A DNA stretch of 64,000 bases from Mobula birostris (lineage: Eukaryota): positions 89,887,006 through 89,951,005 of the forward strand of contig NC_092379.1 in NCBI RefSeq assembly GCF_030028105.1, written 5' to 3'. Below are positions 27,710 through 40,350 of the stretch, piece after piece. Position numbers and translations under genes: made by a program. The notes beneath the pieces were generated by a model. It was not told the origin of the DNA. It did not search any database and worked only from the letters and a program-made list of their open reading frames with translations. Numbering within the stretch: the first letter of the stretch is position 1; each line of letters begins with the position of its first letter.

Positions 27710-30673
27710 GTATCGTCATTTCTCTTTGCACTTGCTGCTTGGAATTGAGGCTGTTGGCAAATATATGGAAAAATATTAAATGCATGAACCTGTGTTCTGT
27801 TTTCTGTGAACTGTCAAGCTAGTTTGGTAAATCTTTAATTACAGACTCGATCTTTCTCTGCGCCTTATCCAGTGGTGAACCAAATTATAAATACTACATT
27901 GCAAATTGTGAAAGAAACTTAGAAGGCAGCTTTAATTTTACTATAAACAAATTACAATTTTAAATTTGATTTAGTGTGATGTGTTTGCACAGCTGCCCCT
28001 TGACACAAGTTGAATATCCATGTTGTCTCGGATGTGTTATGTTTTATCAGCAAATCTGATGATTACACAGTGACATCGTTATGTTCACGCGAGCTTCTTT
28101 CCCTGCCTAGTTAAGCTGGTGAGCATTTTTAAGAGTAGGAAGACATCTTACACATTTTTGTTTTTTGTGGTGGTGGGGAAGTGGGTTAGAAGAAGATACA
28201 GAACTGAGGAGATTACCATGTCCAAATACTTGTGCTTGCTGCTTGGATCTTTTTGGTAGCTGTATGCATAAGTCTCATTGTGTTGTTCTTCCATACCTGC
28301 TAAAGTCTTTTCATAATATGTACATCCCGTTCTTCAATTAACTAACTTTATCCCCTTTTAAATTCTTGGGTACTAATCTCTCCATTTTAATTGTGCTGCT
28401 GAAATTTCGCTTTTCTTTTATTATTTGTGTGCTAGGTATTCCAAGATCTCTTTTTCTCCCTCCTCCCACCCTTCAAAAATAAGTTTGAGGATTCATTTCT
28501 GAAGCTCGCACTCATTCATCAATATACTTTGAAATGTTAATTTAGCAAGTGGACCCATGGTTAACAGCCCATAAACTGCTGAACTATTTATCGCTTGCAT
28601 GTAATTTCAGGTAAATCACAGATCCCCAAAGCAATATGCAGGTTGCAGCTCACCCCTGTGAATAACTGTCTATAAGGTGAATAAACATTCACCTGTGCAC
28701 CTATCCAGCCAATGATAGACTTTCTGTCATTAGTTTTTTGTTTGCTGGAAAGTTTCTTTGTATGCATTTTACTTCAGGGCTGGAAAAACTTAACTTTTAC
28801 ATTTTAAAACACTTGAGATTTCATACTTTAGATTCAGGATACATAGATTCAGGATTTTTCTTTTAGGCATCTCATGGATTATTTTCTTCAGAAAAATGGC
28901 AAATTACTGATGGTTTGCTAGAACCACCAGACGTTCCAGTTTTGCAGGGAATATTGAAAATTGACTAAAACATGACACAGAAAAGCTGCTGATATACTGA
29001 AATAGCTTTCAGATCAATTGATGATATTTAATTACAATCCAACTGCTACTTAATGTTACTGCTTCTGATCAACAAAAATAATTTGGCTCAAGGCAAGCTG
29101 GTTTGTATTCTGAATACAGAGCAGCTTTCTTGACAGGGATCAGATGAGGAAAATGGTTGTGATTTTCTCTTTATTCAGCTGATTGGTGTTCACTCTGTGA
29201 CAAATGATGTAATGTGTATGCTTCGAGCATCTGCTGTGGTTCAAGAAAAATATATTGAAGTCTGTTCCTCCTCAGAAACTGTGCCTGTTTGTTTCAATAT
29301 GTTTTTTTAAGAATCTAAGATGAAGATGAGAATATTTAAACAAAAAAAAAGCTTAAGAACCAGGACCAGCTTATTTTTGCTGCTGTCCCTTGCAGCTGTA
29401 TCATGTGTGCTCATTTACCTTGAGGCACTTTCCTGTATTAACCCCATATCCATTCTTTCCCTTTTAAGTTCTTGGCAGGTAACTTGTGCTTACGTGATAA
29501 ATATCCACTATATTGATTTTTGTTTTACTTTTGACATTTTGAACACTTAATACCATCTTTACTGCTTATTTTGTATACTTTTAAAGTTAGGTCTTTTGTT
29601 TTATGCAGGCGGATATCTGATTGCAAGTGCCAGGTTAGTACTGCAGATAAAGTTTAAGTACATTGATTTATATGAAGGAGGAGTGTTTGTAGGTCTTTGG
29701 AAGTAGATAGAGATTGCACAGACATTTGGGGATATTCTTAGCTAATTTAAGGAATAATGTGGGTCTATTCTGAGACTTCTGATTGGAGAAATTGCTTCTC
29801 TATCAATTGTAGTTAATATTGTGAGTCGAAATTTTAAAGGAACTCTTTACTCCAACAATTAAAATATTCCAATTGGGCTTGTGTAGGAATGTGGGTGATG
29901 ATATAGCGCAAACAATTTTATGAAGTTTCTTAAATATTTGTTTACAAAGGCACTGTTTTCTATAGGAAATAATTCCATGAATATTATCTTATTAGTGTTC
30001 TAGAAGTTGCTAAACTGAAGTATTTGAATTCAAGTTTGCCAGTTGTATGCCATAGAAGTTTTCTTGACAATGAGGGCTCGCTCTGAAATGTGCGCTTTGT
30101 AAATTTCCATTAAGATATCAAGATGGGCAACATTGTAGGCTTGGCTGGTTGCAAAGTAAGCATTTCTGAATAGTTCCCTGAGCAAAAGGGAGAAAGAATG
30201 GTGAAGTTTTGGAATGAAATAAAGAATCATTCACCAGTGATAAACTAGTGGCATTGTGACCCAATCCCCAAGCAGGGAATTGCAGCAAAGTTTTAACTCT
30301 ACACTGTAAATTTAATTTTGTCATTGCCTGTGAAATAGTAGTTGCATCCATTCCAAAAGTAAATTGCAGTGAAACTTCAATAATCCAGCACCCTTGGGAA
30401 TTTGGTGCCAGTTGAGCAGACTTTTTGAACTGTTGGTTATTACTTTTGTGCAGTTCTTAATTTAATTTTTGCATGTTACACAGGTGTAATTTTATCAGTG
30501 CGGCAATAGAATCCATTATTCTGAAACATAAATGTGCTTCAGCCCATGTTCTTGAGCCAAACTCTGTTTCTCCCTGGGCAAGTGACCCACAGTTCCAAAT
30601 AATACTTAGTGATCTATATGTAGTAAGCTGATGATTTGCAAGCTCTTGTTGTATTATTGAAAGAGCCAGATGT

Positions 30674-33600
30674 GAACGTAGATTAGTGCAGCACAGTACA
30701 GGCCCTTCGGCCCACAATGTTGTACCGACCCTTGAACTCTGCCTCCCATATAATCCCCCACCTTAAATTCCTCCATATACCTGTCTAACAGTCTCTTAAA
30801 TTCACTAGTGTATCTGCCTCCACCACTGACTCAGGCAGTGCATTCCACGCACCAACCACTCTCTGAGTAAAAAACCTTCCTCTAATATCCCCCTTGAACT
30901 TCCCATCCCTTAGCTTAAAACCATGTCCTCTTGTACTGAGCAGTGGTGCCCTGGGGAAGAGGTGCTGCCTGTCCACTCTTATCTATTCCTCTTAATATCT
31001 TGTATCCCTCTATCATGTCTCCTCTCATCCTCCTCCTCTCCAAAGAGTAAAGCCCTAGCTCCCTTAATCTCTGATCATAATGCATACTCTCTAAGCCAGG
31101 CAGCATCCTGGTAAATCTCCTCTGTATCCTTTCCAATGCTTCCTCATCCTTCCTATAGTGAGACGACCAAAACTGGACACAGTTCTACAAGGGTGACCTA
31201 ACCAGAGTTTTATAGAGCTGCATCATTAGCTCGTGACTCTTAAACTCTATCCCTCGACTTATGAAATCTAACACTCCATAAGCTTTCTTAACTGCCCTAT
31301 CTAGCTGTGAGGCAACTTTCAGGGATCTGTGGACATGTACCCCCAGCTCCCTCTGCTCCTCCACACTACCAAGTATCCTGCCATTTACTTTGTACTCTGC
31401 CTTGGAGTTTGTCCTTTCAAAGTGTACCAGCTCACACTTTTCTGGGTTGAAATCTATTTGCCACTTCTCAGCCCACTTCTGCATCCTATCAATGTCTCTC
31501 TGCAATTTTCGACAATCCTCCACACTATCCACAACACCACCAACCTTTGTGTCGTCTGCAAACTTTCCAACCCACCCTTCTACCCCCACATCCAGGTCGT
31601 TAATAAAAATCATGAAAAGTAGAGGTCACAGAACTGATCCTTGTGGGACACCACTAGTCACAACTCTCTAATCCGAATGTACTCCCTCCACCATGAGCCT
31701 CTGCTTTCTGCAGGCAAGCCAATTCTGAATCCACCTGGCCAAACCTCCCTGGATCCCATGCCTTCTGACTTTCTGAATAAGCCTACCGTGTGGAACCTTG
31801 TCAAATGCCTTACTAAAATCCATATAGATCACATCCACTGCACTACCCTCATCTATATGCATGGTCACCTCCTCAAAGAACTCCATCAGGCTTGTTAGAC
31901 AGGATCTGCCCTTCACAAAGCCATGCTGACTGTCCCTGATCAGACCATGATTCTCTAAATGCCCAGAGATCCTATCTCTAAGAATCTTTTCCAACAGCTT
32001 TCCCACCACATCTGTAAAGCTTACTGGTCTATAATTACCTGGACTATCCCTACTACCTTTTTTTGAACAAGGGAACAACATTCGCCTCCCTCCAATCCTC
32101 CAGTACCATTCCCGTGGACAACGAGGACAGAAAGATCCTAGCCAGAGGCTCAGCAACCTCTTCCCTTGCCTCGTGGAGCAGCCTGGGGAATATTCCGTCA
32201 GGCCCCGGGAACTTATCCGTCCTAATGTGTTTTAACAACTCCAACACCTCCACTCCCTTAATATCAACATGCTCCAGAACATCAACCTCACTCATATTGT
32301 CCTCACCATCATCAAGTTCCCTGTCATTGGTGAATACTGCAGAGAACTCGCTCAATTCCACAGCCTCCAGACACATCTTCCCACCTTTATCTCTGATCAG
32401 TCCTATCTTCACTCCTGTCATCCTTTGTTCTTCACATAATTGAAGAATGCCTTGGGGTTTCCTTTACCCTACTCACCAAGGCCTTCTCATGCCCCCTTCT
32501 TGCTCTCCTCAGCCCCTTCTTACTCACCTTTCTTGCGACCCTATATTCCTCAATAGACCCGTCTGATCCTTGCTTCCTAAAGCTCATGTATGCTGCTTTC
32601 TTCCACCTGACTAGATTTTCCACCTCACTTGTCACCCATGGTTCCTTCACCCTACCATTCCTTATTTTCCTCACTGGGACAAATTTATCCCTAACATCCT
32701 GGAAGAGATTCCCAAACATTGCCCACATGTCCATAGTACATTTCCTTGAAAAAAAAGCATCCCATTTCTCACTCGCAAGTTCAAGCCTTATAGCCTCATA
32801 ATTTGCCCTTCCCCAATTAAAAATTTCCCTGTCCTCCTCTGAATCTGTCATTTTCCATGGTAATGCTAAAGGCCAGGGAGCGGTGGTCACTGTCCCCCAG
32901 ATGCTCACCCACTGAGAGATTGTGACCTGACCCAGTTTGTTACCTAATACTAGATCCAGTATGACATTCCCCCGAGTCGGCCTGTCAACATACTGTGACA
33001 GGAATCCGTCCTGGACGCACTTAACAAACATTGCCCCGTCTAAACCATTGGAACTAATCAGGTGCCAGTCAATATTAGGGAAGTTAAAGTCACCCATGAA
33101 AACAACCCTGTTAGTTTTGCACCTTTCCAAAATCTGCCTCCCAATCTGCTCCTCGGTATCTCTGCTGCTACCAGGGGGCCTGTAGAATACTCCCAATAGA
33201 GTACCTGCTCCCTTCCTGTTCCTGACTTCCACCCATACTGACTAAAAAGAGGATCCTGCTACATTACCCACCCTTTCTGTAGCTGTAATAGTATCCCTGA
33301 CCAGTAATGCCACCCCTCCTCCCCTCTCTCCCCCCCCCCCATCCCTTCTAAAGCACTGAAATCCAGGAATATTGAGAATGCATTCCTGCCCTGGTGCCAG
33401 CCAAGTCCCTGTAATGGCCACTGCATCATAATTCCATGTATGTATCCAAGCTCTCAGTTCATCATCTTTGTTCCTGATGCTTCTTGCATTGGAGTACAGG
33501 CACTTAGCCCTTCTACCTTACTACCTTTACACCCTTTATTCTGCTTCTCTTTCCTCAAAGCCTCTTTATATGTTAGATCTGGCTTTACTCCATGCACTAT

Positions 33601-35497
33601 ACTCACATGACCTTTATCCTCTTCCACCTCACTATCTGCTCTAACACTCTGGTTCCCCTCCCCCTGCAAATCTAGTTTAAACCCCCCAGAGCAGCACTAG
33701 CAAACCTTCCCACAAGAATGTTGGTCCCCCTTCAGTTCAGGTGCAACCCATCCCGTCGGAACAGGTCTCACCTTCCCTGGAGCAAGGCCCAATTGTACAG
33801 AAACATGAAGCCCTCCCTCTTGCACCAACTCCTTAGCCACGTATTTAAGACCATAAGACAACGGAGCAGAAGTCGGCCATTTGGCCCATCGAGTCTGCTC
33901 CACCATTTTATCATGAGCTGAGCCATTCTCCCACTTAGTCCTATTGCCCAGTCTTCTCACCATAACCTTTGATGCCCTGGCTACTCAGATACCTATCAGT
34001 CACTGCCTTAAATACACCCAATGACTTGGCCTCCACTGCCACCCGTGGCAACAAATTCCATAGATTCATCACCCTCTGGCAAAAAAAATTCCTTCGCATC
34101 TCTGTTCTGAATGGGCACCCTTCAATCCTTAAATCATGCCCTCTCGTACTAACCTCCCCCATCATGGGAAACAACTTTGCTACATCCACTCTGTCCATGT
34201 CTTTCAACATTCGAAATGTTTCTATAAGGTCTCCCCTCATGCTTCTAAACTCCAAGGAATACAGTCCAAGAGTGGAGAAACATTTTTCATGTTAACCCTC
34301 TCATTCCTGGAATCATTCTAGTGAATCTTCTCTGTACCCTTTCCAACGTCAGCACATACTTTCTTAAATAAGGAGCCCTTATTTAGCTGCATTATCTTCC
34401 TATTTCTAGCCTCATTAGCACGTGGCACAGATAGCAATTCTGAGGTTGCAACCCTGGAGGTCCTGACCTTCAACTTTGCACCTAACTCCCTGAACTCTCT
34501 TTGCAAGACCTCCTCCTTCCTAGCCATGTCATTGGTCCCTACATGGGCCATGACCTCTGGCTGCTCACCCTCCCTCTTGAGAATACTGAGAACTCGATCC
34601 GAGATATTGTGGACCCTGGCGCCTGGGAGGCAACAGACCATCGGGGATTCTCGATCTCTCCCACAGAACCTCTTATCTGTCCCCCTAACTATCGAATCCC
34701 CTATGACGACTCTCTCCTCTTTTCCCTCCTTCCTTTCTGAGCTGAGGGTCCAGTCTCGGTGCCAGAGATGCAACCACTGCAACTTGTCCCTGGTAGGTTA
34801 TCCCCACCAACAGTATCCAAAATGGTATACTTATTTTTATTGATGGGAACAGCCACAGGGATGCTCTGCTCATTCTGTCTATTCCTCTTCCCTCTCCTGA
34901 GAGTCACCCATCCACCTGTCTCCTGACTTTTAGGGGTGACTATCTCCCTGAAACTCCTGTCTGTTTGTGCCTCTGCCTCATGAATGATCCGAAGTTCATC
35001 CAGCTCCAGCTCTAGTTCCCTAACTCGGTTTGTCAGGAGCTGCAGCTGGATGCACTTTTTACAGATGTGGTTATCAGGGACAGTTGTGCTCGCCCTGACT
35101 TCCCACAAACTGCAAACAGAGAACTCGACTGCCCTAACTGTTGCCTCCATTACCTACTTCTAAGTTAGAGTAATTAAAGGAGCTTACCTGGCCTTACCTC
35201 ACTGGGAGCAGGCTCGTCCTCAGCCTCTGCTTGCTGAAGCCTCTCCAGCCAAAGCTTTCCTGCTGTCTCCCACAACGCCATCTCCCACTCCGTTAATCTG
35301 CTCGCTTTTTCTTAACCCTCCCGCTGTTCTCCCTGCCGACCTTCATGTGCTTGTGCAGTTGTGCCCCGTTCAAACTGCTGAAGAAATGACCTTCCTCTTC
35401 TCAATCTGCTTGCTTTTTAAATTCTCCTGCTGTTCTCACTGGCCGACTTTCATGCGCTTGCGCAGTCGTGGCCTGTTCAAACTGCTGAAGAAATGAA
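30674..35497 (-). mobile_element. Near full-length CR1 LINE (ORF1 zinc finger + SGNH esterase; ORF2 APE endonuclease + RT), frameshifted
   Basis: ORF1: CSLWE...CKKC, VIGDSIVRG, CLPGARV, HVGTND. ORF2: GDFNFPNIDW, LDLVL, NYRPVS, DFSKAFDKVPH, KFADDTK, RGHGFKL. Confidence 0.93.
33848..34379 (-). mobile_element. CR1 3' fragment nested in ORF1 of the larger CR1
   Basis: MRGDLIETFRML...TRGHDL; tail TCTTATGGTCT; flanked by a TATTTA duplication (33842-33847 / 34380-34385). Confidence 0.88.
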
Positions 35498-36114
35498 GCA
35501 CCAGAGTTTCCATATCATAAGCACGAGATCGTGCAGATGCTGGAAACCTTGAGCAACACAGACAAAATGCTAAAAGAACTCAGTAGGTCAGGCAGCATCT
35601 ATGGAAATAGATAAAGAGTTGACATTTTGGGCTGAGACCCTTCATCAGAACGCACAAAAACTTCCATATCTTAGTTTACTATACAACCTCATGAAGTTGC
35701 ACGCTTTGCACGAGTGGACCAAGGCAAAGAAGCTAGTGAGCATGAAAGTCTCTTTCACTTGTCAGAAAATGCAGGTCAACTTTGCCAATCTTTTCTGTGA
35801 AATATCTTTGAGGCCTATTCGTTTGCAGCAAAAGTTATTTTAAGAATTTGTTGTTTTAATATAGTTGTATAGTTATTTTAAAATGTATATCAAGTTAAAG
35901 TTCACTTGTCATTCAACCATACACATGAATATAGCCAAGTCAAAGCGAACTGAAAAGTAACCTTTAAAAACAGTTTACTACGTTGCGTACTGCTGTTTGT
36001 TACTTTGTGGAGCCCTTTGAATTTTCTGTTTGAATACTGTACAACTGATTTGTATATTGCAGTACTTCTTTCTGAAGGAAGATTATTTCAGATTCTTTTC
36101 TCTTGCTGTTTCAG

Positions 36115-36235
36115 GTGCCTTGCTCCAGAGCAGATGTCTTTGCCAGCAAACGTCTCACCATGATAGAAAAGCGAATGTTAATGAAGTTCCTTACTTTCTG
36201 TTTGGAATATGAGCAACATCCAGATGAATATCTAG
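36115..36235 (+). CDS. CHM: CHM / REP-1 exon 7
   Basis: Boundaries tttcag|...G|gtactt, 121 bp. Translates [40 protein letters not shown]. Confidence 0.97.
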
Positions 36236-37987
36236 GTACTTGAATGCCCAAAGCCATTCTGTATTTTTATTTGTCTCCTTTCATAATTTAGGAGGTGACT
36301 CACTTAGTCCTGTGCAACATGTGGAATGTGGTTTTAATTCAGTCTGTAGTGTTGTTCTATCTGGCCTTCTCTGGTCAATAGTGAGCTGCCCCCATTCATT
36401 GCTTCCATGTCCACACTTACTTGCAATACCTACTTGAGTTCTCAGCATGGTTATCTTTGGTTGGCAGTGAGCTTTAGTAGGCCTTTGCCCACTGCCAATG
36501 CAGTAGACAGGTTCCCTTTCTAAGTTGTAACTGCTGGTTGATCCCTGTGTGAAGACATAATCAGCTATCTAAACACTGAGTGTCTGAATGTCAGTGCCGT
36601 TTATTAAATGTTTAAAAATAGTCCGAAACAATTTTTAATGGCATGAATTTTATTAAAATTTAAAATAATTAAATACATTTAAATTGTGTTAACAAATGGC
36701 TTGAAACTTGCCCCAGTGGTGTGATTGTTCAGTACTGTGAATGGAGATGCTAAATCTGCTAGGTCAATTCCAGCCCAAAATATTAATGGTCCATTTCACT
36801 CCATAAATGCAATCTGACCTGCTGAGTTCCTCTCGTGCTTGATTGAATCTGACGCATGCCTGGTATCTAGATGCCTTTGTGTAGTTGCTGGGGAATCTGC
36901 ATGAAGTTGAAGCATTACCTCGAGACTTCATGAAGAATATACGTTGGAGCTCACTTGGAATGAATAGTGGCAAAATTTCTCAAAGTTTGTGGCTTCCATC
37001 TTTGCACTAATGACCTTCAAAAAGCAGTTTTGGATTTAAGTTTTGCCCTTCCCTCAAAAAAAAAGACTTGCATATCACTGGTTTAGTCCACTCAGTTCCT
37101 TGTTTTGCCATGATTCCACTTGTTTTTGTGTATTTTCTCAGATTTTCTTATCTGTTTACTGAGAACCTTTGCACTATTTCTTTATGATTAATAACATTTA
37201 ATTATGCATAAGCTAGGCTTGTTCAAGTATATTAATATGCACACGGTGATGGTACTTCTTAAATATTTTGGCTCTGTATTTTATGTAATTGAAAAGGAGA
37301 GAAAACTACAAATGTTGGAAATACTTAGCCCATCAGACAGCATCACTGCAGAGAAAGCTCATTAATGTTTTGCATTATAGGCCCTTGATAATTATGCTAA
37401 ATCAGTGACTTGAAACATTAAACATTTTTTCTCCAAACAGCTGCTGCCTGACTTGCTGGTTATTTGTGGCTTTTTTTTTTGTTTATCTATGTTATGTTAA
37501 CCTACCACTGCTGGAAGATCCAAAGAAAGAATCTGTTCACCAGTTCCTGAACCTTTGGGTCTAGGCATGGTTCTGAAATAAATACCAATATCATAATTAT
37601 TTAAATAGCATTAAGTTTATTATTGGATCATCAGAAATGGCTTGAAAGTACCTGAGATAATGATACCTGCCAGATTTTTGTTTTCAGTATAGCTCTTTGT
37701 TTTGTCTTTCACGTTCCATTATGTCTCACAGCACTCAGCTGGAAGTTTCATGGCAATTCCAACTATGTTTCTACAACATTTCTTCTTGCCAGACTTTGTT
37801 TGGAGAGAAGGATTGTGCAAATAAAGTTTTTAGTTTACTTCAAATCTTCTAGATCCAGGACCTAATAAATGCTGCTCATTTGATTTTACTGTAAATTATA
37901 GATACAGTGGTGGTTTGGATCCCAAAAATTGAGTGGGTAATTGGACATTGTATTGTAAATTAACTACATTCATTTATTTATTTATAG

Positions 37988-38210
37988 CCTTTAAGGACAG
38001 TACATTTTCATCTTTCTTGAAGACACCAAAGTTAACTGCCAGTCTTCAACACTACGTTTTGCATTCCATTGCTATGGTCTCTGAAAGTGCTAGCACAACT
38101 GAGGGACTCAAAGCAACACAACATTTCTTACATTGCCTTGGCCGCTATGGGAACACGCCATTCCTTTTTCCCTTGTATGGCGTTGGAGAACTACCACAGT
38201 GCTTCTGCAG
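37988..38210 (+). CDS. CHM: CHM / REP-1 exon 8
   Basis: Boundaries ttatag|...AG|gtatgt, 223 bp. Translates [29 protein letters not shown]...[28 protein letters not shown](R). Confidence 0.97.
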
Positions 38211-39264
38211 GTATGTTTATTTCTTCACAGAGCTGCAACTATATGAATTTATACACCAAAAATACTTTAAACATAAATGTCATGAGTTCATTGAAACATC
38301 TTGCTCCAATTTTACGTAATGTTTAAATTGGATACTGAATTTTGTTGGTCGCAAAGTGAACTTAATACTCAAATTAATGATGAAAGCAGGTGTTATCAGA
38401 CTACTTTTCCAAAGTATCCCAAGTCATTGAAAGTCTGAGCATGATTAGCAAGGATTTTGGATGTCGTTTCGGTTGGCTGAATGCAAAATGATGAACCGAA
38501 ATGTAACTTTGATTCCTCCCATTTTGTTTAAGACCTCTAGTTCTAAATTATTGAGGCACTGGTATTTACTGGAGTCCCTCTTCAGTTTAAATTATTAGGC
38601 AAAAGGTCTGTATTGTTTGTGGCGAGAGCAGTGAATAGAACATTTGTTACCTTTATATTAGTACAGTCTGAATTGAGTATGATACTTTTACTGTTCACAT
38701 TTTGGCATTGTGACACGCCTGATAAGGCCGTGCTAATTGACAGTGTGTGATGAGCTGCCACTTTGATTCACTGCAGTCCTCCTGATGAAGGTACGCTCTC
38801 AGTGCAGTGGGGTAGGAAGCTCCTAGATTTAGACACAGCAAGCTTGAAACACTCTTAACAGGAAATGATGTTTTTTTTTTTTGTTTTGCAGGTAACTTCA
38901 GTAATTGTAGGGCATTAAAGAAAACTTGCACATTTTTCAACTTTTAACAGTGTACTAACACAACAGTGCTGTATATTCACCATAAATATGATGGACTGGT
39001 GAATCTAAATGCTGCTTTAATTTGAAGTGCTGTCATGCTACAAGTAAAATGATTTCTAATTTGGATGATGTAACCCTTACGAGCAGGAATTGAAGTAATT
39101 TTAAAATGTGAAATTAGAAAGAACTGCAGATGCTAGAAATATGCAGCAGATTAGGCAGTGTCTGTAGTAGACTTAATTGTTCACGTTGTACGCTCCATCA
39201 GATTTGGGAAAGGAAACATTAGTTTTGTATTGCAAAAAGTGTGAAGATCGTTCAGTCTGAAACA

Positions 39265-39428
39265 AATCAGGATTTCTCAGTGATCAACCAGTTTAATTCC
39301 ACTGCCCAATCCAACATGTCATTCTATGGCCTCTCCTACTGCCACGATGAGGCCACTCTTAAGTTGAAGGAACAAGACCTTGTATTCTATCTGGGTATCC
39401 TCCCACCTGATGGCATGAACATTGATTT
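39265..39428 (+). mobile_element. Penelope-like GIY-YIG C-terminal remnant
   Basis: FNST...MSFYGLSYCHDEATLKLKEQDLVFYLGILPPDGMNIDF matches the PLE terminal motif E..I..L.TL.P.GMN. Confidence 0.65.
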
Positions 39429-40350
39429 CATAGAACATAGAATAGTACAGCACAGTACAGGCCCTTCAGCGCACAATATTGTGCCAACCCTTAAACCCTG
39501 CCTCCCATATAACCCCCCACCTTAAATTCCTCCATATACCTGTCTAGTAGTCTCTTAAATTTCACTAGTGTATCTGCCTCCATCACTGACTCAGGCAGTG
39601 CATTCCACGCACTAACCACTCTCTGAGTTTTAAAAAAAAACCTTCCTCAAATATCTGCCTTGAACTTCCCACCCCTTAGCTTAAAGCCATGTCCTCTTGT
39701 ACTGAGCAATGGTGCCCTGGGGAAGAGGCACTGGCTGTCCACTCTATCTATTCCTCTTAATATCTTGTACACCTTTATCATGTCTCCTCTCTTCCTCCTT
39801 CTCTCCAAAGAGTAAAGCCCTAGCTTCCTTAATCTCTGATCATAATGCATTCTCTCTAAGCCAGGCAACATCCTGGTAAATCTCCCCTGTATCCTTTCCA
39901 GTGCTTCCACATCCTTCCTATAGTGAGGTGACCAGAACTGGACACAGTGTGGCCTAACCAGAGTTTTACAGAGCTGCATCATTAGCTTGTGACTCTTAAT
40001 CTTTATCCCTCAATTTATGAAAGCTAACACTCCATAAGCTTTCTTAACTGCCCTATCTACATGTGAGGCAACTTTCAGGCATCTGTGGACATTTACCCCC
40101 AGATCCCTTTACTCCTCCACACTACCAAGTATCCTGCCATTTACTTTGTACTCTGCCTTGGAGTTTGTCCTTCCAAAGTGTACCACCTCAAACTTCTCTG
40201 GGTTGAACTCCATCTGCCACTTCTCAGCCCACTTCTGCATCCTATCAATGTCTCTCTGCAATCTTCGACAATCCTCTACACTATCCACAACACCACCAAC
40301 CTTTGTGTCGTTTGTAAACTTGCCAACCCACCCTTCTACCCCTGTATCCA
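39429..40350 (-). mobile_element. CR1 3' fragment (same subfamily as 30674-35497)
   Basis: Nearly collinear with 30674-31590; catagaacatagaa tail. Confidence 0.9.

Noticed and set aside
27710-27717. U12-type intron after exon 6 (gtatcgtc)
   Set aside because: It does not match GTATCCTT; an ordinary U2 donor is more likely.
14832-38210. Calling the gene GDI1/GDI2 or CHML
   Set aside because: It has the REP-specific insert and the [13 protein letters not shown] motif, which rule out GDI, and it has CHM-like introns, whereas CHML is an intronless mammalian retrogene.
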